From a bacterium (GTDB lineage Bacteria; Hydrothermota; 32-111), in assembly GCA_046484245.1 (NCBI GenBank), contig JAWOBN010000008.1:1-20372 (forward strand): DNA of 20,372 nucleotides, read 5' to 3'. The position numbers and the translations under genes were made by a program. Below, one piece after another: positions 1-7,588 of the stretch. Each line of letters starts with the position of its first letter. Position 1 is the stretch's first letter. The notes beneath the pieces are model-generated. The model saw only the letters and a program-made list of their open reading frames with translations, did no database searches and was not told where the DNA came from.

Positions 1-955
1 GTATCAGATATCCATTGTCAGGCAGTGTTATATCGCCGAACGCGTATGATTGATAGGAATTATACTGGTAGAGCGTATAACCATTGAGATTTATACCTGT
101 TATCTCATCATAAACAATGAATGAATTGGTGTCTGAAACAGTTGAAGCAGATGAATCATCCACTGCCTTTACGTAATAGTAAACAGTGTCACTCAGTGAG
201 AAACCCCCTATGGAATAATAATAGTCATTGCTGCTCATTGAATCCTTCTGAACAGATGAGTATGAACCTGAAGCTCCGACTGCATAGAAACATGTATCTG
301 CTGATATGCCGGATTCATCAATTATTGTTGCCTTGATAGTCACACTGTCACTGACAGTAACTGTTGAGGGTATATGCGAGAGTGATGAGACAGAAGGGGC
401 AATATTGCCGCCGGTCCCGCTCTCATTGCCGAAATAAACAGAGTCCACATACACATATCCGTCACCGTCCCACGACGCTGAGACATCATAGAACCGGAAG
501 CCGACAAGCATGTAATACACGCCTGTGCCTGGTACTTCCTGTCCGCTTATAACCTGCCAGGCAGGGTCGTCTGCAGTATATGAACCGTAATAATTGCTCA
601 GATAATTCTTATTGGCATCAAAATAATAGAAATAATACCTGCCGTTTACAGCAGGGTCATTGTCAAAGAAACGGAATGAGAAATCATATGTATCACCGGG
701 CACAACTGCGAAAGTATCTGTTATAAGGTCAGTTGCCGACTGATTTTGGGTAAATACATTTGCCTTGATTGAATATGAGCCGCTGAAAACAGTGCCGCTC
801 TCCCTTGTAATATAGAATGATGATGATGAATCACCAGACCATGACTCACATACATAGTCATTCGTCCAGTTCTCTGCATCCGGATTGGGTATCAGATTTG
901 CTCCGCTTAAAGCCATTGAAATCATTATGAGTACAAACAGCAAAATCCTTTTCAT
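1..955 (-). CDS. Secreted modular protein, 5' part only: signal peptide, CBM-like beta-sandwich, Ig-like domain, start of a lamin-tail-like domain
   Basis: Manual translation from ATG at 955 is open for 318 codons to the window edge: MKRILLFVLIMISMALSG-ANLIPNPDAENW...VVPGDTYDFSF...VYVDSVYF...NIAPSVSSLSHIP...SDSVTIKATIIDESG...YYYVKAVD...GINLNGYTLYQY. SD AGGAG lies upstream (complement of ~962-966). Domain names are by-eye resemblance. Confidence 0.85.
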   Translation of the reverse strand, partial: MKRILLFVLIMISMALSGANLIPNPDAENWTNDYVCESWSGDSSSSFYITRESGTVFSGSYSIKANVFTQNQSATDLITDTFAVVPGDTYDFSFRFFDNDPAVNGRYYFYYFDANKNYLSNYYGSYTADDPAWQVISGQEVPGTGVYYMLVGFRFYDVSASWDGDGYVYVDSVYFGNESGTGGNIAPSVSSLSHIPSTVTVSDSVTIKATIIDESGISADTCFYAVGASGSYSSVQKDSMSSNDYYYSIGGFSLSDTVYYYVKAVDDSSASTVSDTNSFIVYDEITGINLNGYTLYQYNSYQSYAFGDITLPDNGYLI

Positions 956-990
956 TGATTGCTCCTGTTATTATTTACCATTAACACTAT

Positions 991-1018
991 AATATATCAC
1001 AATTCCTGTAAAATACAA
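991..1018 (-). promoter_or_regulatory. Putative sigma70 promoter of the secreted-protein gene
   Basis: Minus strand TTGTAT (1018-1013), 16-bp spacer ending TGA, then TATATT (996-991): extended -10 type. Confidence 0.45.
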
Positions 1019-1064
1019 TAACATATAACTCACCAACAGGCCGATTACTGACTTTAAAACACAG

Positions 1065-1101
1065 TCCAAATCCCAAGTACAGTAGTTGAATTTGTAGAAA
1101 A
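1065..1101 (+). repeat. Left inverted repeat (37 bp) of the RAYT element
   Basis: TCCAAATCCCAAGTACAGTAGTTGAA-TTT-GTAGAAAA matches the reverse complement of 1951-1987 at 34/37 positions; 1065-1090 vs 1962-1987 is a perfect 26-bp match. Confidence 0.95.
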
Positions 1102-1113
1102 ATATGTTATAAT
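1086..1113 (+). promoter_or_regulatory. Sigma70 promoter of the transposase, with -35 inside the left IR
   Basis: TTGAAT (1086-1091), 16 bp, TG-T-TATAAT (TG 1105-1106, -10 at 1108-1113). ATG follows at 1123 with no SD. Confidence 0.7.
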
Positions 1114-1122
1114 ATTCACAAT

Positions 1123-1944
1123 ATGACATATGCTAGAATTGATAAAAAAGGCTATTATTATCACATATTTGTGAGAGGGCAGAGGAAGCAGCCGCTGTTT
1201 TTCTCCAAGGATGACATGGGAGCATTTATCAATATGCTCAAACAAGTACTTGATGAGACAGATATTGTACTGTGTGGTTATTGTCTGATGAGGAATCATT
1301 TTCATCTGATTGTTTATAGGAGGAATGTTACACTGGGACAATTCATGCAGAAATTGCTTATCAAGTATGCAATGTATTTTAATGACAAGTATGACACAAC
1401 AGGTCATGTATATCAGGGCAGATTCGGCAGTAAGCCGGTATTGAATGAAGCAAGAGATCTTCCCAGGGTATTCAATTATGTGCATTATAATCCGGTGGGA
1501 GCTGTTATAGTAGACAAGCCGTCAGATTATGAATTTTCCAGTGCGGGTTTTTATGAGGGAGAAAAGAGTTATATAGAACAGTTGAAGAAGGTGGATTTTG
1601 ACCAGTCAATTACAGACAGGGATTTTGAGACATACAGGAATGCAATAGGGACCAAAGAGGAATATCTGAAGTTTCTCAAGAGAAAACCGGGCAGGGAGAT
1701 GAGCAAATATAATGAGAGAAGACGAAAAGAGCTGGATAAATTATTAGAGTCATTATTGAAGGAACATGGATTAACAAGGTCTGTTTTTGAGAAGCATAAA
1801 AGGCGCAGTTCAAAGGATAAAAAGAAGATCAAGAAAATAATCAAAGTGTTGAACAGGCAAGGCTATACGCAAGCCAGGATAGCTGATTTGCTCAATGTTC
1901 ACAAAACCACAATAAATAAAATGTTAAAAGATTCTGAAAGTTGA
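1123..1944 (+). CDS. REP-associated tyrosine transposase-like protein (Y1_Tnp HUH domain) with C-terminal helix-turn-helix
   Basis: Motifs YYHIFVRG, YCLMRNHFHLIV (HUH), GHVYQGRF, YVHYNPV (catalytic Tyr plus NPV), DYEFSSA. C-terminal GYTQARIADLLNVHKTTINKMLK is HTH-like. Confidence 0.92.
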   Translation: MTYARIDKKGYYYHIFVRGQRKQPLFFSKDDMGAFINMLKQVLDETDIVLCGYCLMRNHFHLIVYRRNVTLGQFMQKLLIKYAMYFNDKYDTTGHVYQGRFGSKPVLNEARDLPRVFNYVHYNPVGAVIVDKPSDYEFSSAGFYEGEKSYIEQLKKVDFDQSITDRDFETYRNAIGTKEEYLKFLKRKPGREMSKYNERRRKELDKLLESLLKEHGLTRSVFEKHKRRSSKDKKKIKKIIKVLNRQGYTQARIADLLNVHKTTINKMLKDSES

Positions 1945-1950
1945 TCTGAA

Positions 1951-1987
1951 TTTTCTACGTTTTCAACTACTGTACTTGGGATTTGGA
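1951..1987 (-). repeat. Right inverted repeat (37 bp) of the RAYT element
   Basis: TTTTCTAC-GTT-TTCAACTACTGTACTTGGGATTTGGA is the reverse complement of 1065-1101 with 3 adjacent mismatches. Confidence 0.95.
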
Positions 1988-2119
1988 TTAGTTTTATTAT
2001 CTTTGGATTGCTCAATTTCTTTGAATAATTTCAGTGTAATAATTGATATAGTCTTATATACCTGTATTCATATATTGTTTTGGACATTATCTTCAGTCAG
2101 GTTATTTCAGGAGAATATA

Positions 2120-2147
2120 TTGCATATATTTCAATTTATGTTAAAAT
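2120..2147 (+). promoter_or_regulatory. Putative sigma70 promoter of the glycan operon
   Basis: TTGCAT (2120-2125), 16 bp, TG-T-TAAAAT (2142-2147); SD-like AGGGGTG at 2161-2167. Confidence 0.55.
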
Positions 2148-2176
2148 AAAAAGTTAACAAAGGGGTGATTATTGTT

Positions 2177-2911
2177 GTGAAGATAGTGATTCAGGCGCGT
2201 GTTACATCAAGCAGGCTGCCCGGGAAAACAGTTGAGAGAATAGGCAGTAAAACTGTTCTGGAGTGGACTGCTGACGCATGTTCCGGGGTAATCGGGGATA
2301 AACCCGTTATTGCAATTCCAGACACTGAGCCCAATGATATTCTTGAAGAGATGTATGCATCTCAGTATGATATTTATAGGGGCAGTGAGAATGATGTGAT
2401 GAAGCGGCTGATAAGAAGCGCAAAACAGTATGATGCTGATTATATACTGCGTGTATGTGCCGATAACCCCTTTATACAGAGGCAGTTCCTCAAGGAGCTG
2501 AACAGATATGCTCTTGAGGATAAATATGACTATATCTCATTCTATGACGGGAATACCAACTGCATTACAAAACCTTATGGATTCTTCGGCGAGGCATTCA
2601 GAGTCAATGCAGCTGAGAAGTTATATCCCAATACAGATGATTTTGAGCGTGAGCATGTCACGCCTGTATTCTACAATAATCCCGAGGCAAGGAATGTGTC
2701 AATAAAGCGCATTACAGTGCCTGAATCAATATCAACAAGGCAATATCTGCGCTTTACACTTGATAATGACTTTGACCTGGAGCTTTACAGACTGATATAC
2801 AGTAATCATCCCCGGGATTACTATACATACAATGAATTGATAGAGATAATTGAATCGGATAAGACATTGAAGGAAATGATGATGAAGAATAAGAAAGAGG
2901 GGAATAAATGA
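2177..2911 (+). CDS. spsF: SpsF-type cytidylyltransferase (CMP-nonulosonate synthetase-like)
   Basis: IQARVTSSRLPGK, RGSENDV, RVCADNPF, REHVTP, RFTLDNDFD motifs. GTG at 2177 preferred over 2165 because of SD spacing. Confidence 0.85.
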   Translation: MKIVIQARVTSSRLPGKTVERIGSKTVLEWTADACSGVIGDKPVIAIPDTEPNDILEEMYASQYDIYRGSENDVMKRLIRSAKQYDADYILRVCADNPFIQRQFLKELNRYALEDKYDYISFYDGNTNCITKPYGFFGEAFRVNAAEKLYPNTDDFEREHVTPVFYNNPEARNVSIKRITVPESISTRQYLRFTLDNDFDLELYRLIYSNHPRDYYTYNELIEIIESDKTLKEMMMKNKKEGNK

Positions 2912-3951
2912 ATGAAATAATAATATCCGGCAAGCCTGTAGGGGAAAAGCATCCTGCATTTATTATTGCTGAAATAGGTCAGAATCACAATGGTGAGGTT
3001 TCCATAGCCAAAGAACTCATTGATGTTGCATCTGAGGCAGGTGTGGATGCTGTGAAATTCGTCAAGAGGCATATACCATCCGAACTTACTGCTGAGCAGT
3101 ACAATAAACCGTATGACAATCCCAATTCATTCGGTGAAACATACGGAAAACACAGGGAATTCCTTGAACTTGACAGGGAGCAGCACAGGGAAATAAAGAA
3201 TTATGCAGAGGAAAAAGGGCTTATCTATTTTTCAAGTGCATGTGACCGCGTCAGTGTGGAGGATATGGAGCATATAGGAGCACCTGCATATAAGATAGCC
3301 TCAAGGGACCTGACCAATGTACCGCTCATTGAATACATTGCCCGTATAGGGAAACCGATTATCATGTCAACAGGCATGGCAACAGTTGAGGATATTGATG
3401 ATGCAGTGAATACTGTGCGTAAATATCATGAAAAGTTCATACTCATGCACTGTACATCCGAATATCCAACACCTTATGAGCATGTCAATCTCAGACGCAT
3501 TGATACATTGAAGGAGAGATACAAGTGTATAGTGGGCTCATCGGATCACACAATTGGTATTATGATTCCGGTGGCTGCTGTTGCATTTGGCGCAAAGGTC
3601 ATTGAAAAGCACATAACTCTTCACAGATACATGAAGGGCACTGACCACCCCGGTTCACTGGAACCCGGGGGTCTGAAGCGAGTTGTCCGTGATATCAGAC
3701 ACCTGGAACAGGCAATTGGAGACGGAGATATACAGTACGAGGATTATATGGATAAAGCGAGGAAGAAGCTTGCCCGTTCATTGGTGTCTGCTGCTGATAT
3801 CAGAAAAGGACAGGTGTTGACAGAAGACATGATAATACTGAAGAGCCCGGGTACAGGACTCCTCTGGAGAGATAAAGACCGTATTATAGGCAAAAGGGCT
3901 GTAAAGGATATTGAAAAGGACAATACACTGAAAGAGGATGACTTTGAATAA
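2908..3951 (+). CDS. neuB: N-acetylneuraminate/nonulosonate synthase family (NeuB) with C-terminal SAF/antifreeze-like domain
   Basis: IIAEIGQNHNG, DAVKF, KIASRDLTN, STGMA, HCTSEYP, SDHT, IEKHITL, KSPGTG. ATGA overlap with the upstream gene. Confidence 0.93.
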   Translation: MNEIIISGKPVGEKHPAFIIAEIGQNHNGEVSIAKELIDVASEAGVDAVKFVKRHIPSELTAEQYNKPYDNPNSFGETYGKHREFLELDREQHREIKNYAEEKGLIYFSSACDRVSVEDMEHIGAPAYKIASRDLTNVPLIEYIARIGKPIIMSTGMATVEDIDDAVNTVRKYHEKFILMHCTSEYPTPYEHVNLRRIDTLKERYKCIVGSSDHTIGIMIPVAAVAFGAKVIEKHITLHRYMKGTDHPGSLEPGGLKRVVRDIRHLEQAIGDGDIQYEDYMDKARKKLARSLVSAADIRKGQVLTEDMIILKSPGTGLLWRDKDRIIGKRAVKDIEKDNTLKEDDFE

Positions 3952-4588
3952 TTTCAATGGAATTATACTGGATGCAGGTGATGTCATATATGATGCCACA
4001 CTATGGCGCAGATGGTTCTTTGAGAAACTCAATGCAGCTACAGATATCAATCTCAATTATGATGAATTCTACTTTATGTGGGATAATTATTACTTGAGAG
4101 ACATTCATCTGGGGAACATAGAATACAATGATCAGTTCAGGCAATTTCTTCTTGATATGCAGATACCGGCTGAGCGTCTTGATGATATTATTGAACTCTC
4201 AATGGAAGGCAAGAAAGATCTGGAAGGTAAGTCAAAGCCGTATCAATGGGTATATGACTATTTCCCTCTAATCAAGAAAAAAGGCAAAGTCCTTACTGTT
4301 CTGACAGACAGTGAGCAGAATGAGAATGAAATACGGAGGAGATACAGAGAGTGGGGAATTTCAGATTATATAGACCATATCATTACATCACGCGACAGTT
4401 CTACTGTAAAACCTTATCCCTGGGCATATCAAAAGGCATTGGACGAAATGGATATGAAAGCTGAGCAGTGCATATTCATAGGGCATGATTTTGATGAATT
4501 AACAGGAGCGAGGAATATAGGCCTGAGAACCATTGATTTCTTTGACAGGGAACAGTTTGCAGAATTCTTAAAGGTGTTTGATGATTAG
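3938..4588 (+). CDS. HAD-superfamily hydrolase, candidate nonulosonate-9-phosphate phosphatase
   Basis: Motif I-like IILDAGDVIYD, II LTDS, III KPYP, IV-like FIGHDFDELTGA. Start may instead be TTG at 3944. Confidence 0.8.
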   Translation: MTLNNFNGIILDAGDVIYDATLWRRWFFEKLNAATDINLNYDEFYFMWDNYYLRDIHLGNIEYNDQFRQFLLDMQIPAERLDDIIELSMEGKKDLEGKSKPYQWVYDYFPLIKKKGKVLTVLTDSEQNENEIRRRYREWGISDYIDHIITSRDSSTVKPYPWAYQKALDEMDMKAEQCIFIGHDFDELTGARNIGLRTIDFFDREQFAEFLKVFDD

Positions 4589-6020
4589 AAAATTCTTTCT
4601 GAAATTACTCGGTGAAGAACGATACGATCATCTTGCTCATACAAAGAATTATCTGTCAGCTGAGGCTGTGACCAAGGGAGTGGGATTTTTACTTATACCT
4701 GTTAAAACAAGGATACTGATACCATTTGACTATGGTGTTCTTGCTGTATTCAGTTCCACTGTGCAGATAATAACACTGTTCTTTAATCTCGGTACATACG
4801 GTTCAGTCAACAGATACTATCATGAGAAGACAGATGATTTCAACAATTATCTCAAAACAATAACAGCATTCATATCCGGTATCAATATCCTGTTTGTTAT
4901 TGCTGTGATTCTACTCAGTACTGTTCTGGGCAATGCAATCAATCTCAGCAGAAATATCATAATAATAGCGGCTATTGTGTCATTTGCCAATGTTCCTGTT
5001 TCACTCTATCTGGCATATCTCAATGGTGCAAGAAAGAGTAAGACCTTTTCTGCAATATCCATAACCAAATTCTTTCTCTATTCGGCATTATCCATTACAT
5101 GGATGCTTATGCTAGATGAGAACAGGTATCTCGGCGGTATTTACGGTCTGCTGATTGTCAATTCGTCATTTTCACTCTTTGTATATTACAGGATATTTAT
5201 CAGCATGCAGGGGACAATCACCAAATTCAGAAAGCATGTTGCCTATGCACTGAAATTCGGCATACCGCTCATGCCCCATGCATTCTCCGGAGTTATGCTT
5301 GCGTATTTTGACAGGATAATAATCAATCAGATAGTGGGTTCCGCCGAGACAGGCCTCTATTCTTTTGCCTATAATATCGGTATGCTGATGCTGGTAGTAA
5401 TAACAGCATTTAATAGGTCATGGAATCCCTTCTTCTATGCAAATATGAATAAAGAGAAATACAGTACTATTAACAGTCATGCGCAGTCCAATTTCAGCAT
5501 TATCATAATGATTGCCGGCCTGCTGATTCTCTTTTCCGGTGAGATTGTCAAGATCATGGCAGCCAGCCGGTATCATGCTTCAATGGGTATTATTCCTGTT
5601 ATCATGCTCAGTTATGTATTTGTGTATCTGTACTATCTCTTTGTTAATTTCTCTTTCTTTCAGCGCAAGACCCATGTTATATCAATCAATACCCTCATAG
5701 CAGGCAGTGTCAATATTGCCCTGAACTATCTTCTCATACCCCGTTTCGGTTATTTTGTTGCAGCATATACAACACTGGCTTCATACATGCTGCTGTTGCT
5801 TCTTCATTACATATATGTGACACTGTTTCTCAAATACCGTGTCATTAAACTGGGTCCTCTTCTTCTCAAGACACTCTATCTGATAATCCTCACAGCAATG
5901 TTCATGTTTCTCAAAGAGAAATTATCACAGTATTTTCTGCTGCTTATAATAAAATTTGTCATTCTCGGACTGCTTTTTTCTGCAATATACTATAAGAGGG
6001 TTTTACATTGGATAAGGTGA
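4581..6020 (+). CDS. wzx: Wzx-type oligosaccharide flippase (MOP/PST family)
   Basis: Many hydrophobic segments; TRIL.P.DYG, ALKFGIPLMP, DRIII, GLYSFAY, NIALNYLLIPRFG. ATG 4581 follows SD AAGGTG; ORF track starts at TTG 4578. Confidence 0.9.
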   Translation: MIRKFFLKLLGEERYDHLAHTKNYLSAEAVTKGVGFLLIPVKTRILIPFDYGVLAVFSSTVQIITLFFNLGTYGSVNRYYHEKTDDFNNYLKTITAFISGINILFVIAVILLSTVLGNAINLSRNIIIIAAIVSFANVPVSLYLAYLNGARKSKTFSAISITKFFLYSALSITWMLMLDENRYLGGIYGLLIVNSSFSLFVYYRIFISMQGTITKFRKHVAYALKFGIPLMPHAFSGVMLAYFDRIIINQIVGSAETGLYSFAYNIGMLMLVVITAFNRSWNPFFYANMNKEKYSTINSHAQSNFSIIIMIAGLLILFSGEIVKIMAASRYHASMGIIPVIMLSYVFVYLYYLFVNFSFFQRKTHVISINTLIAGSVNIALNYLLIPRFGYFVAAYTTLASYMLLLLLHYIYVTLFLKYRVIKLGPLLLKTLYLIILTAMFMFLKEKLSQYFLLLIIKFVILGLLFSAIYYKRVLHWIR

Positions 6021-7588
6021 TTATTACTGACAGGATATCCCGCCTCCCGGATATATCGGGTTTCGACAGAGCGTATTATATCAAGAATGATCCCTCTTCA
6101 ATAATACCTCCGGGTTTTGAGAAACCGGATGCTGATTACAGGATTATTGAGGAGAATGCCTACAGGAATGCTGTCAGTGATATAAACGAGTTTTATAGCC
6201 GCAATAGAGAACTTTTCCCGCGCAAATGTATGAAAAACACCTTAATCAAACATATGCTTCATATATACGGTTACTACTACAGACAGTCAAGAATACTCTT
6301 TGCTGCCCGGCACAGTGAAGGTGACATATCCATTGTATCCAATAATATTGAACAGTCTGAATTTCCGGGCATGAAAATAATCAATGACTACAGTTTATTC
6401 ACATTGAAGAATCAATTAGTAATGAAACTCCTCCGGCATATTGTCTCACCGCTTTTTCACAGAACAAGCAACAGTATAAAGAACAGCATTCTGTTGAAGA
6501 TCAATTCCACTGCTCAATTTGAGTTATTCAAATATTTCTTCAGCAGTATAAATTGCAAAGACATCACTGTCCTGATATCAGCTCCGCGGATATTGCCCAG
6601 GGTCAAGTCGTTTATTGAATATCTCAATGATTCGGGAATTGACAGTACAGTTGCCTTTAATAATTCATTTTTCAGCACATTTTCTGCACTTAAAAATCTT
6701 ATACCATCAGTATTGACAATAGGCACATACAAGGAGTACTTAATCCTCCATTACCTCATAGAGGACTATTATATGTATACTGCATACAGTGAATTATTCA
6801 TCAAGAATCCGCATCTGAAAATGACTGTTATGAGTGATGAATTCAATGCTTCATCAGACATTATAGCAGATATCTGCAGGACAAAGAATGTACCCTGTTT
6901 CAATTTCCAGCATGGCGGAATATACCTTGCAGACCATAATTACGGGCATTTCATTGTATTCTCCTCATGGATAAAGGATTATTATTCCAATATAACCCGG
7001 ACAGACCCGGACAATATCTATGTTCTGGGTCATCCTGCACGCAGCAATGCCCGATTTGCAGAAACAGGCAATGACACAATGAAAGTACTGGCAATGGGTC
7101 AGTATATTTTCGGTTATATGACTGCTGAAAGAAAGAGAGAGATGATTGATATACTGAGAAGCATTGCCTGTCAATATGATGTAGAAACATATTTCAAGGA
7201 CCATCCGGGCTCTGACGATAATATAGCCAGCAGTGTATTAACAGCCGACACAGTAATCCTTGATAGCCAGCAGATAGTTGACATGAGCAAGTATGACATT
7301 GTGATATCATTCTATTCAACAACTATGATTGAATCCGTACTTGCAGGTACACCTGCTATTGCAATCAATACAGACAGTGTAAGGGGCATACCCCTTCTTG
7401 AGCATTCAGGCATCAGACAGGTGGAAGATTACGTGCAATTAAAAGATGAAATAGAGATGGCTCTGGAGAACAGGTCATATCTTAAAACCCTCTGGCAGGA
7501 GGAATTTGCTCAAATACATAGTTACTGGAATATTGTTGAAAAAGACAGACAGATTATTGAAGAAAAGATAAAGAAGATAATGCAATGA
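6008..7588 (+). CDS. Orphan GT-B-like protein, candidate CMP-nonulosonate transferase or glycerophosphotransferase-like enzyme
   Basis: C-terminal half has FQHGG, VLGHP, FKDHP, DIVISFYSTTMIESVLAGTPAIAI. TTG start after SD AAGAGGG. Position directly after wzx. Confidence 0.55.
   Translation: MDKVIITDRISRLPDISGFDRAYYIKNDPSSIIPPGFEKPDADYRIIEENAYRNAVSDINEFYSRNRELFPRKCMKNTLIKHMLHIYGYYYRQSRILFAARHSEGDISIVSNNIEQSEFPGMKIINDYSLFTLKNQLVMKLLRHIVSPLFHRTSNSIKNSILLKINSTAQFELFKYFFSSINCKDITVLISAPRILPRVKSFIEYLNDSGIDSTVAFNNSFFSTFSALKNLIPSVLTIGTYKEYLILHYLIEDYYMYTAYSELFIKNPHLKMTVMSDEFNASSDIIADICRTKNVPCFNFQHGGIYLADHNYGHFIVFSSWIKDYYSNITRTDPDNIYVLGHPARSNARFAETGNDTMKVLAMGQYIFGYMTAERKREMIDILRSIACQYDVETYFKDHPGSDDNIASSVLTADTVILDSQQIVDMSKYDIVISFYSTTMIESVLAGTPAIAINTDSVRGIPLLEHSGIRQVEDYVQLKDEIEMALENRSYLKTLWQEEFAQIHSYWNIVEKDRQIIEEKIKKIMQ

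Larger units (their letters stand above)
1065..1987 (+). mobile_element. Inverted-repeat-bounded single-gene element carrying a RAYT/Y1 HUH transposase
   Basis: The 37-bp IRs lie 21 bp upstream and 6 bp downstream of the ORF. No target-site duplication seen; mobility is not demonstrated. Confidence 0.6.

Noticed and set aside
121..552. Plus-strand ORFs 121-336 and 364-552
   Set aside because: Antisense shadows of the long minus-strand gene starting at 955; no recognisable motifs.
1054..1844. Minus-strand ORFs 1054-1485 and 1569-1844 as a second gene or antitoxin of the element
   Set aside because: Antisense to the well-conserved transposase, with no motifs, and the right IR gives no convincing inward -10.
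1051..2000. Target-site duplication around the IR element and outward IR extension (TAAAAC/GTTTTA)
   Set aside because: Flanks ACAG and TTAG are not direct repeats. The 6-bp extension needs an indel in AT-rich DNA, so exact ends remain uncertain.
1945..2176. ops/JUMPstart element, ncRNA or CRISPR repeats in the operon leader
   Set aside because: No GGCGGTAG-like motif, no repeat-spacer periodicity and no stable hairpin seen.
6995..7013. Short tandem ACCCGGACA x2 within the orphan gene
   Set aside because: Only two 9-bp copies in an intact reading frame; expected by chance.
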